64,000 bases of DNA. Source: Octopus sinensis (Eukaryota). Positions 51,481 through 62,358 of this stretch are shown here, in pieces. The translations under genes were made by a program, and so were the position numbers. Within the stretch, counting starts at the first letter, position 1, and the number at the start of each line of letters is the position of its first letter. The notes beneath the pieces were generated by a model. The model had not been told where the DNA came from, made no database searches, and saw only the letters and a list, made by a program, of their open reading frames with translations. The stretch spans positions 14,694,001-14,758,000 of the forward strand of contig NC_043021.1 in the NCBI RefSeq assembly GCF_006345805.1, read 5' to 3'.

Positions 51481-51625
51481 TTTTGTATGTGAATGTGCCT
51501 TTAGGCATGCATACTTCTATGTGAATGTAGGGGTACACGTATGCCAATCACCATATGTATGCGCATGCATATATATATACTTGTCAATAAGTGCATGCAT
51601 GTGTGTGTGCATGTGTGTGTGTGTG

Positions 51626-51662
51626 CATATGTCCGAATGTGTGTCTATCTTTTGTAAGCAGG

Positions 51663-51702
<40 letters not shown>

Positions 51703-51814
51703 ATATGTCTGAATGTGTGTCTATCTTTTGTAAGCAGGGCAAGTGTGTGTGTGTGTGCATGTGTGTGTGTGTGTGTGTGTATGTCTGAATGTGTGTCTAT
51801 CTTTTGTAAGCAGG

Positions 51815-51854
<40 letters not shown>

Positions 51855-51890
51855 ATATGTCTGAATGTGTGTCTATCTTTTGTAAGCAGG

Positions 51891-51938
<48 letters not shown>

Positions 51939-52112
51939 TGCATATGTCTGAATGTGTGTCTATCTTTTGTAAGCAGGGCAAGTGTGTGTGTGTGTGTGTG
52001 TGTGTGCATATGTCTGAATGTGTGTCTATCTTTTGTAAGCAGGGCAAGTGTGTGTGTGTGTGTGTGTGTGCATATGTCTGAATGTGTGTCTATCTTTTGT
52101 AAGCAGGGCAAG
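51626..52112. repeat. Composite minisatellite: 7 copies of GCATATGTCTGAATGTGTGTCTATCTTTTGTAAGCAGGGCAA separated by variable (GT)n
   Basis: Unit starts at about 51626, 51701, 51780, 51853, 51940, 52006 and 52070. Confidence 0.9.
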
Positions 52113-52113
52113 A

Positions 52114-52145
<32 letters not shown>

Positions 52146-52287
52146 GTATGTGTGTGCGTGTGTATGTGTGCACACACATGTTTTTGTAAACAGAATAGTA
52201 AGAGAGTGTGTGTGTGAGACATTGTGTCTATGTGCATGAGAGTATACAAATGTGTGTGAATGTGCAAATGTGTGTGTTTTTGTAGAA

Positions 52288-52322
<35 letters not shown>

Positions 52323-52612
52323 TAGAGAGAGAGAATATATGTGTGTGCTTTATGAGCAGGACAGTGTGTGTGTGTATAGGTGTCCCACCCCTTTAAGAGA
52401 AAAGGGGTAGGTAGGAAGGTAGATGGGTGGGCAGGTGATAACAGAGTCTGATGGCATTTCCCCCCTTCCCCCTCCTTCCTTTGCTCCCTCACATCACCTT
52501 TACTGTTGCCATCACAAATACCAAAACCCAACTTGATGGAGATGAGCCGAGAATGGTTGAGACGAGGTACAACTCTCACTTGCAGAATTTCTTTATTGTT
52601 TACAGAGTGCAT

Positions 52613-52656
<44 letters not shown>

Positions 52657-54165
52657 TCATTCCTTCATTCACAGAAACACAGGCATACTCTCTCACACAC
52701 ACCCAGTATACACACTGGTGTATCTGCACACACTCACACACTGGCATACACACACACACAAATACTGGCACACACACATGCATGCACATTTACACACACA
52801 CATACACACTGGTAGACACACATACACATACTTGCATATACACACACTGCTATGCTACATGCACACACACTGACATGCACATACACATTGGTATTCACAC
52901 ACATTGACACACACATGTACACTAGCACTCACACACACACTGACACACAAACACAGACACTAGCACACATATACAGACACACACACAGTGACACACACAT
53001 ACATACTGGCCTTTACACACTTGCAAAAACACACACACACGCCTAATATAAATTATATCCCATATTTCTTTTCCAAAAACATATGTAGAACTGCATTTAC
53101 ACTGACTTTACTCAAAGACAATATACATGTGTATCTGTGTGAAAGTGTGTGTTTGTGCAAATGTAAGCCAGTGTGTGTGAGTGTGTAAGTGTGCTTATGT
53201 GTGTAAGCGTGTGCAAGTGCTAGTATACATTGCCATGGAAACTTTCTAATAATAATAGTTTCTAACTTGGGGTCAAATCCACAAAATTTTGGGGACAGAA
53301 CAAGGGATTAAATACAGGTGACCTGGTAATTATCTAACTGGCACTTGTTTTACCATACACCCCCTCCAACAAAGAATGAAAAGGCAAAGTGACCCCGGTC
53401 AAATCTGAACTCAAAATGCAAGGCACACTGCCTAGTCAGCCATCCACTATTCCATGGCTCAAAGAGTGATACTGTCTCATATTGAGAGTTGAACCAGCAG
53501 TTTGAAGATAAACCTGTGATGCTCCCAGGTTGTGCAGTTATGTTTTCAGTTGATGCTCTTTGAGTGCAAGAAGAACAAAATATAAGAGGGTCAGGTTATT
53601 TGCATATCTAAGAGGAAATGACTGCCGACTGAAGGAGAACAGGAGGCCGGGGGCTTGGGTGTTTAAGACTCTAAGATTCTAAGATGAGATTCTAGAAAGG
53701 CTGAGGTGGGCAATGTGTTTATTTTAAAACTCACTTTAAAAGATACATGGTGGTTTTCCTACAATGGAGAAATTACAGAGGAAAAAATATAAATATGTTA
53801 CAGAAAAATAAAAATAATAAAACAAATAAATTGAATAAAAGTGAAAAAACATATAAATAAAATAAATGGCAATAAAAATAAAGTAAATTTATTTTTCATT
53901 TTTGTTCAATGCATAACAAAATTGGAGGAGACAGATGGTGATCTGTGTCGGCAAGACTTGGTATTATTTACAAAAATTAACGGAAAATACAAACACTGCT
54001 GTGGGGAATGGAAAATTCGATGTTTCAGACAATGTTTCAAGGAAGAATTCATAGGAGAGAAATTAAAGAAAGGCAGCAGAGTTTTACATAATTTTTCCAT
54101 ATATTTATACATAGAGGAGGTAAGACTTTACTGTCTTTCTTTAATTTCACCCTTGTCGACTTTCC

Positions 54166-54375
54166 CTGAAGAAGGGCTGCCCCAAAACATCGAAATGTTG
54201 AATTTCCTACTCCCCCATAACAATTTAACTGTATCCTTTTTGTCTAGATTAGGCAATGAGCAAACAAAAAGATGAAACACAAAAGGGATAACTTTTAACA
54301 AATGCTGAATCAGTTTAATATTTAAAAGGAAGGGAAGTGTCTCGATATTTCGGATACAAGTCTTTCATCAGAAAA
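54166..54375. other. Two divergent hammerhead-like cores (Penelope-type), one on each strand
   Basis: Plus strand 54166: CTGAAGA-AGGGCTGCCCC-AAAACATC. Minus strand 54375-54339: TTTT-CTGATGA-AAGACTTGTATCC-GAAATATC-GAGA. Confidence 0.5.
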
Positions 54376-55007
54376 AAAAATAAAAACAGAATGGGAAGAA
54401 TATAAATGAGGAGAAAAGGTGGTGTGAAAGAAATAAAAATTAATTAATAAGCTGGTAGATTAAAGAGGCTGATTACTAAACCCATTACTTAGTACCAAGT
54501 ACAAAAATAAATGGAAACAGAATTTATTATTTAAACAAAGTGCAGTTTTGTAATAAGACAACAGGGTGGGAAGAATTATTTTATGTGTTGACCTTTGGTA
54601 TAAAAAAATAGATTTATATCACTGGATTGTAGAGTAGTGCTGACAGCTGTTGGGGGTTTGCAAGCTGATGGATTTGTGTGAAACTACTACTAAAAGAGGA
54701 AAGATTTTAGGGGTTGCACTACTGAAAGCTGCTGGGTATGCCTAGGGTTGTGAAATCACCTCTAATAACTGTTGGGTCATCAGTTGAGTCATCAGTTGAG
54801 CAGCCACCAGAGAGAGCTCATGAGTTTGTATGATCACAGCTAAAAGTGGGAGCTTGTATGGGTGCCCTACTAAAAACTGTTTGGTCTGAATGGAGTTGTA
54901 AAACTACCTCTGATAGCTGTTGAGATTGTAGGTCAAACCTTATAAGCTGTTGTGGATTTTGGGTCACCCTGACTGAAAGTATTTGATGGTTTGTTGAATC
55001 AACAGAT

Positions 55008-55360
55008 AGCTGTTGGCTTGTGGGGTCACTGGTATTGGGTTTGAAGGGACAAAACTGTTGGCTGGTAGGGTCACTGATATTGGGTTTGAAGGGACATAGC
55101 TTTTGCCCTGTAGGGTCACTGATGTTTGGCTTGAAGGGACATAGCTGTTGGCTTGTTGGGTCACCAATGTTGGGTTTGAAGGGACATAGCTGTTGGCTTG
55201 TTGGGTCACTGATGGCTTGAAGGAACATAGCTGTTGGCTTGTGGGGTCACCAATGTTGGGTTTGAAGGGACATAGCTGTTGGCTTGTAGGGTCACCGATG
55301 TTGGGCTTGAAGGAACATAGCTGTTGGCTTATAGGGTCACTGATATTGGGCTTGTAAGGT
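55008..55360. repeat. 45-bp minisatellite, 8 core units, with degenerate flanks from about 54640 to 55750
   Basis: GGGTCAC motif at 55022, 55067, 55112, 55157, 55202, 55243 (4-bp deletion), 55288 and 55333. Confidence 0.9.
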
Positions 55361-55814
55361 CACCACTTGAAGTTGTTCTAGTGATGATCTTACAAGTTGT
55401 TAGGATTTATGTCCCTTTAAGCTGTTGGATTATCGAGTCACTGATATTTGAAACTGTTAGGATTCAGGGTCACTATAGAAAGCTGTTGGTTTTGAGGGTC
55501 ATAGTTGTTGGAGTGTGGGGTTACAACTGTTGGTTTAAGGTTCATTACTGAAAGCTGCTTGGTTTACAGGGTCACAGCCATTGGCTTGTAGGGTCACTGA
55601 TGTCACATTTCGGAAATTGTTGATTGTTGGGCTGTAAGGTAATCATCAGGAGCTGCTGAGATTTAGGGTCATTACAGAAAATTGCTGGGTTTGTAGGGTC
55701 ACAACAATTAGGATATAAGCACACTGATATTGGGTTTAGGGTCATCACTGGAGAATCACAATTTAGAATCGCAATTTAGATCACAATGAGATCTGTAATA
55801 TCTTGCAGTCATTA

Positions 55815-56612
55815 GGTGCAGGCGTGGCTGTGTGGTAAGTAGCTTGCTAACCAACCACATGGTTCCGGGTTCAATCCCACTGCGTGGCATCTTGGGCAAG
55901 TGTCTTCTGCTATAGCCCCGGGCCGGCCAATGCCTTGTGAGTGGATTTGGTAGACGGAAACTGAAAGAAGCCCGTCGTGTATATATATATATATATATAT
56001 ATCTCTCTATATAAATGGCAGTTTGTCTGTGCGTGTTTCTGTGTGTCTGTTTTCTCGTACCCTCACTCTGACCACGGCTTTCAACCCATTCTGATGAAAC
56101 TTGACACACACATAGCCCAATGTCATAATTCAAAACTAACGCAGCGAAAATTTTGAAAAGTTCCCCCAGTTCTGAAAAAAATCGATAAATTCGACATGGG
56201 GTCGAGAATCAGAAACCCAAACCACACACCGTCTAGGGGACGCAACTCCACCTTTTTTAACTCTCAAAAAAAATTTACCATCATTTTTTTCCCATTTTTT
56301 TGCTATTTTTTGGCTATAACTCTCTAAAAATGCTTTATAGTTATTTCCCTTACAAACCTGAGCAACGCCGGGCGATACTGCTAGTATATATATATATATA
56401 TGTATGTGTATGTGTGTGTCTGTGTTTGTCCCCCTAGCATTGCTTGACAACCGATGCTGGTGTGTTTACGTCCCTGTCACTTAGCGGTTCGGCAAAAGAG
56501 ACCAATAGAATAAGTACTGGGCTTACAAAGAATAAGTCCCGGGGTCGATTTGCTCGACTAAAGGCGGTGCTCCAGCATGGCCCCAGTCAAATGACTGAAA
56601 CAAGTAAAAGAA
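55815..56612 (+). mobile_element. SINE family 1 split by a Helitron
   Basis: Head 55815-56001 and tail 56385-56612 join perfectly through (TA)n once 56002-56384 is removed. Confidence 0.85.
56002..56384 (+). mobile_element. Non-autonomous Helitron
   Basis: A|TC...CTAG|T with no TSD; 5' TCTCTCTATATAAATG and 3' GAGCAACGCCGGGCGATACTGCTAG with a GC-rich subterminal palindrome. Confidence 0.85.
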
Positions 56613-57024
56613 AAAAAAAATTATTATTAAATGTTAATAAGAACACTGTATGTTCTCTATAGTTGAGACACTGACAACCATGATGAGACTCATTTTGAAA
56701 GCAAAAACGGATATATATGGTAGCCATCGCTTAATACTGCAAATAACAATGACATTTGTATGTGTGTGGGTGGTTGTTGTTACATAACTTACTCCTTTAG
56801 TGTTCAGATTATTTTGTCAAGTGCAATAATTATTATTCATACTGTTTTGAATTAATCATGCATTATCTCATAGCTTTGAGATTTCAATGATGTGATTGTT
56901 TATTTTTTTTAGAATGACATTGTAGGATAGGTGCGAGAGACCAGATCCTGCCAGTTTGAAAATAAAACAGGTGGAATATTTGGGTCGGATATGGCCAGGA
57001 AGAGAAGTGCCTATTGCCTTTATC

Positions 57025-57248
57025 AGGGTGGCAGAAACGTTAGCACGCCGGGCGAAATGCTTAGCGGTATTTCGTCTGCGTTACGTTGTGAGTTCAAATT
57101 CCGCCGAGGTCGACTTTGCCTTTCATCCTTTCGGGGTCGATAAATTAAGTACCAGTTATGAACTGGGGTCGATGTAATCGACTTAATACCTATGTCTGTC
57201 CTTGTTTGTTCCCTCTGTGTTTAACCCCTTGTGGGTAATAAAGAAATA
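57025..57248 (+). mobile_element. Young SINE family 2 copy
   Basis: CpG-intact, near-identical to 17188-17419 and 9786-10022. Confidence 0.85.
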
Positions 57249-57721
57249 GGTCTCAGAATGATGGGAGAAAAGGGGAAAGTAATTGTGGGACAGCAGTTGT
57301 GGGGGTAAAAATTTACGACAGAACAGTCTCTGCAAAAGACAGCCAAGTGTGAAGTGGTCAGGTTCAGCCAAGAGATGGATTAAAGGTTTGTATCATTAGA
57401 AAGTGCTTATCCTCTGACAAACAAGGATTTACAGCTGGAATTGGGGCATGTGTAATGGATTTGAAAGATTTACGGCTCTGATTCATCTTCAAATATTTGC
57501 TTCCTCTCTGTGAGAGAGGTTGGGTTGACTAAAGCTTAAAGGATACACCAAACAAAAACAACATCGCGACAGCAACAACCACATCAACAACAACAACATT
57601 GAAAACTGTAATAACAACAAACTGAATGAGTAATAAGTTAATGAAGAAAAATAGTGAAAATTGCCACTTGCTGTGTCAGCTACGTGTCGAATATTTCATT
57701 GCGAGTTCAAATGCGTGTAGG

Positions 57722-57750
57722 ACTTACCTGAAAAATAAAATAAAACAAAC
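57722..57750 (-). promoter_or_regulatory. Juxtaposed 3' and 5' splice consensus (candidate recursive splice site)
   Basis: The minus strand reads TTTGTTTTATTTTATTTTTCAG|GTAAGT, with the junction between 57728 and 57727. Confidence 0.5.
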
Positions 57751-60700
57751 AGATAAATATAAATAAAAATAAAAAAGAAATATGATAAAGAAATATAACT
57801 GAAAAAGTAATTTTAGCAATCATTAGAATATACAATATAATAAATAATAATAATAATAATAATAAGCCCAGTATTTGTAAGCCCAGTACTTATTCTATCG
57901 GTCTCTTTTTGCCGAACCGCTAAGTGATGGGGATGTAAACACACCAGCATCGGTTGTCAAGCAATGCTAGAGGGACAAACACAGACACACAAACATATAC
58001 ACACACATACATATATATATATACATATATATACATATATACGACAGGCTTCTTTCAGTTTCCGTCTACCAAATCCACTCACAAGGCTTACCACACAGCC
58101 ACTCCTGCGCCTATGTTTGTTCGGCATGTTTGTTTTTTTTAACTGACCAATGCCCTCCTAATGCCAACCAATATACAGAGTGTGTGTATGTGGTATATAT
58201 GTATGTGAAGGCGTATGGTTCAGTGGTTAGAGCGTCGAGCTTACGATTGTGAGGCTGTGAGTTCAATTCTCGGACCAGGCTGTGTGTTGTGTTCTTGAGC
58301 AAGACACTTTATTTCACGTTGCTCCAGTTCGCTCAGCAGTAGAAATGAGTTGCTACATCACTGGTGCCAAGCTTTGGTCGGCCCGAGGCTATAGTAGAAG
58401 ACACTTGCCCAAGGTTCCACACAGTGGGACTGAACCCGGAACCATGTGGTTCGTAAGCAAGCTACTTACCACACAGCCACTCCTACACCTATAATATCTA
58501 TGTATATGTCATTCTCTAGTCAACATGATCGGCCTCGTTTTTAAATTAGGGAACAACATACATGGCAGTTATTTCTAGCCGGTTGAGTGACCATGTGGAA
58601 GTACTGGTGGCTTGTTATTTAAGTCAATCTGGTTATTATTCAAGTCAATCAAGTAGTGGTGGTCTTGTCATTCAAGCCCCAAGTTAATCCTGATCAAGCA
58701 GAATTATGATCAAAAATATTCCAGCCATGACCAACTAATACTATTTTTAAAGGTCTAAGTGTATCTAATCCAATGTGTCCTTCCATTTTTAAGCAGGCAG
58801 AGTATGATTCAAGATAGATTTGACTGTTATTTCTGGCAGATTGAGTGACTTGATTGTATAGAAGCTTTTTGTGAAATTGGCTGGGTGGAGGTGGTGGAGG
58901 TAATGTGTTGTTGTTGATGGAGGGAGGCGAGGGTGGCTTGCCTTGTTGATTCAGGTAGAATATGCTATATTTATGTTACCCCAGTGGGTGGGACTATTAA
59001 GGGTGAGGGAGAGAGAGACAGAGAGATGGAGAAAGAGAGAGAGAATGAGAGAAACACAAAGATGGATAGAAAGAGAGAGGGAAGCAGAGAATAGAAGGAG
59101 AGAGAAAGAGAGAGGATGAAAGACAGAAAAAGAGGAGAGAGAGAGGGGGGGAGCTCATCTCACACTAGGTAGGGTGTGGTGGGGTGTTAGTTGCTGATGT
59201 TGAACATTTAAGAAGCTGAAGGTGAGCTCAGGTAATTTAACAAGCCGCCAGCAATTAAAAGAGAAGGAGGCCCATAACGCACCTCACCTTCGTCTACAAC
59301 ATCAACAACTTCAGGGAGAAATTAAAACCTCGTTTAGGATACTAGCTGTGATGTGTGCGTGCATGCATGCATGTGTGTGTGTCCATGTGTCCATATGTAC
59401 AAACGTATCAAAGCTAGTATCATAAACGAGATTTCAATTTACATACATGTGTGTATATGTGTTACATACATGTGTGTGTGTGTGTGTGTTACATCCATGG
59501 TGTTGTGTGTGCATCAACATATGGTGTTTTGTGCATATCAATGCGTTTTTAAAAGTATTCATGTCATTGTAATTGCTATCATTATCTGTTTCCAAAATGC
59601 CTTACCTCCCCTCCCCCACACATATATATATATCATCATCATTTTCATATTCAATTTTCCATACTTGCATGGGTTGGATGGAATTTGTTGAGGTGGATTT
59701 TTTTTTAAGCTGGGTGCCCTTCCTGTCACTAACCTTCGTCTATTTCCCGACACCACGGCCAGACATGTTTACGCAGAATGTTGCAAATGAACAACACTGC
59801 TTGTATGACAGTGGCACTCATTTACAACTGTCTCACAATGTCAAAACAAGGAGACACAAAACACACAAATGCACACACACGCACACCTATTTATATATGA
59901 TGGGCTTCTTTCAGTTTCCATCTACTCACAAGGCTTTAGATGACACTTGGCTAAGGTGAAATGTAGTGGGACTGAACCTGAAACCATGTGGTTGGGAGGC
60001 AAACACCACACAGCTATAGTGGCACATGGCTGTATGTGTATACATACATGTGTGTATGTGTACCAAACTTTTGTCAAACAAATCGGGAAGAGAGAACTCA
60101 ATACATATTCTAGAGTACATATATGGTTTCAATTAACTGACTTGCTTTTTGTAACTTGCATTTCATGATCAGGATGACATGACACTCAAGCTATGAGATA
60201 TATATATATATGTATATATATATCAAGAGAGAGAGAGAAAAACACACACACACACACATTCATGTAGTTGTCTAAGTATCCATAAATCAGAAAAAATATG
60301 CGTTTGTAACATTCACATACACACACGCATATATCCAAAACATAAACATACACAAATATATATATATATATATATATATATCACATATACAACACAAAAC
60401 ACACACGTACACACATTAGGTTTCCTCCATGTTATCTTAGTATTGTATTCCTCAAAAATCTTGGCATAATGTGGAATTCTGTAATCCAAAACTCATTTTC
60501 TCATTGACTTCCATGTCAAGGCAAGATTTCCAAGAAAGCAAACGTCTGTAATACAGGGGCGTGGGTGTGTGTGCGTACATATATGTATATACATGTGCAC
60601 AAACATATATACATACAAACAATACACATACATACCCATAAGTACATACATAAACACACACATATACAGATGCACAAACTGTATACATATAAACATACAC

Positions 60701-60949
60701 ACACACACATATATACACACACATGTATACATAAACACACATTCACACAAATACATATATACACACACATGTATACATAAACACACATTCACACAAATAC
60801 ATATATAGGTATATATATAAAGATGTACATACACAAATACATGCACACACACACACACACACACACACAACACACACACAAATCTGCACACACACACACA
60901 CACACACAACTCTGAAAATGAACCACAGATTGCTAAACAATTCATCTCA

Positions 60950-61150
60950 CATTGACATTATTTACATTATTTACAATTGACGGATATTTGTCCTCATCTT
61001 GTTTGTTGTTAACATAACATTTTGGCTGATATACTCTCCAGCCTTCATCAGGTGTCTTGGGGAAATTTTGAACCTAGGTTTCTCATTCTTAAGATATCTT
61101 TCGATGTTATGGCGTAGTGGTTGAGCCGATTCCAGGCAGTGATCTGAATA
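60950..61150 (-). mobile_element. Penelope-like pseudo-LTR fragment with decayed hammerhead (61011-61056)
   Basis: Minus strand GACAC-CTGATGA-A-GGCTG-GAGAGTATAT-CAGCC-AAAA-TGT-T-ATGTT; inverted homolog at 61565-61730. Confidence 0.7.
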
Positions 61151-61166
61151 ATAATAATAATAATAA

Positions 61167-61563
61167 CTAGCAGTATCGCCCGGCGTTGCTCGGATTTGTT
61201 TCGACCCTTAGAATTGGAATTTTTGAAAAGTAAAAATTTTGCATTATGTAGCTTGTTATTCTCTTTAAGTGAACATTTTTCTGGTTGAAATACACCAAAA
61301 AATGGCGACACAGCAGTAAAAAAATCGTAAAAAATAGGGATTTTCATAGAAAAAAAGCACCTTTTTGATGTAAATAATTTTTGGTCTTAACATGGTCCAA
61401 TTTGAATTTTATCTTCTACGGAATGAAGAGCAAGCCTTCTTCTATCATACTCTTAATTTTGGTCAACTTGTGCCGCAGGGTCTCGGAGGAGATAGTGTTA
61501 GTTGAAGGCTACCAAACCTGCCATACACAGACAACTTCAGCTTTATATATATATAGATATAGA
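61167..61563 (-). mobile_element. Non-autonomous Helitron (second subfamily)
   Basis: Minus strand A|TCTATATCTATATA...GAGCAACGCCGGGCGATACTGCTAG|T, inserted in a (TAA)n tract. It shares only the terminal about 25 nt with 56002-56384. Confidence 0.8.
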
Positions 61564-61564
61564 T

Positions 61565-61730
61565 AATAATAAACATCAAAAAATACCTTAGGAATGAGAA
61601 CCCAGGTTTGAAATTTCCCTGATGAAGGCTGGAGGGTATATCAGCCAAAACGTGTTAACAACAAACAAGATGAGGACAAAATCCGTCTAATGTAAATATT
61701 GTCAATAATTCCTCATCTCTTAAATATAGA
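61565..61730 (+). mobile_element. Penelope-like pseudo-LTR fragment with decayed hammerhead (61619-61656)
   Basis: CTGATGA-A-GGCTG-GAGGGTATAT-CAGCC-AAAACG-TGTT, then AACAACAAACAAGATGAGGACAAA shared with the 60950 copy. Confidence 0.7.
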
Positions 61731-62309
61731 ACTGAATTCCTCTCACCTCTGCACAAAATGCTAATTACAGCTGACATAATGAGAGCACCATCACAAAGAG
61801 AATAAAGGTGTGTCATGGATGGCTCACAAAATCATCTTTTAATACAATCAACATCTTATCACAGATTATTATCATCATCATTATTATCAAGATGGCAAGC
61901 TGGCAGAATCATAAGCATACCAGACAAAATGCTTTGTGGCATTTTGTGTCTTTACATTCTGAGTTCAAATTCTGCTGAGGTCGACTTTGCCTTTCATCCT
62001 TTTGGGGTGGATACAACAAGTACCAGTTGAGTACAGGAGGCGGGCGTCGATGCAATCAATTTGACCCTCTCCCCGCAAATTTCAGGTCTTGTACCAATAT
62101 TCTTTTATTTGTTTCAGTCATTAACCATGGCCATGCTGGAGCACTGCCTTTAGTCGAGCAAAGTGACCCCAGAACTTATTCTTTGTAAGCCTAGCACTTA
62201 TACTATCGGTTCTTTTGTCGAACTGCTAAGTTACAGGGATGTAAACACATCAGCATCGGTTGCCAAACGATGTTGGGAGGACAAACACACACACACACAT
62301 ATGTATATG

Positions 62310-62358
<49 letters not shown>

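Noticed and set aside
50752-52112. CRISPR-like repeat-spacer appearance
   Set aside because: The spacers are only (GT)n of varying length, there are no cas genes and the context is a eukaryotic intron. Reported as minisatellites.
56086-56102. CTGATGAAAC inside the Helitron
   Set aside because: There is no stem II/GAAA geometry. It is an ordinary internal Helitron motif.
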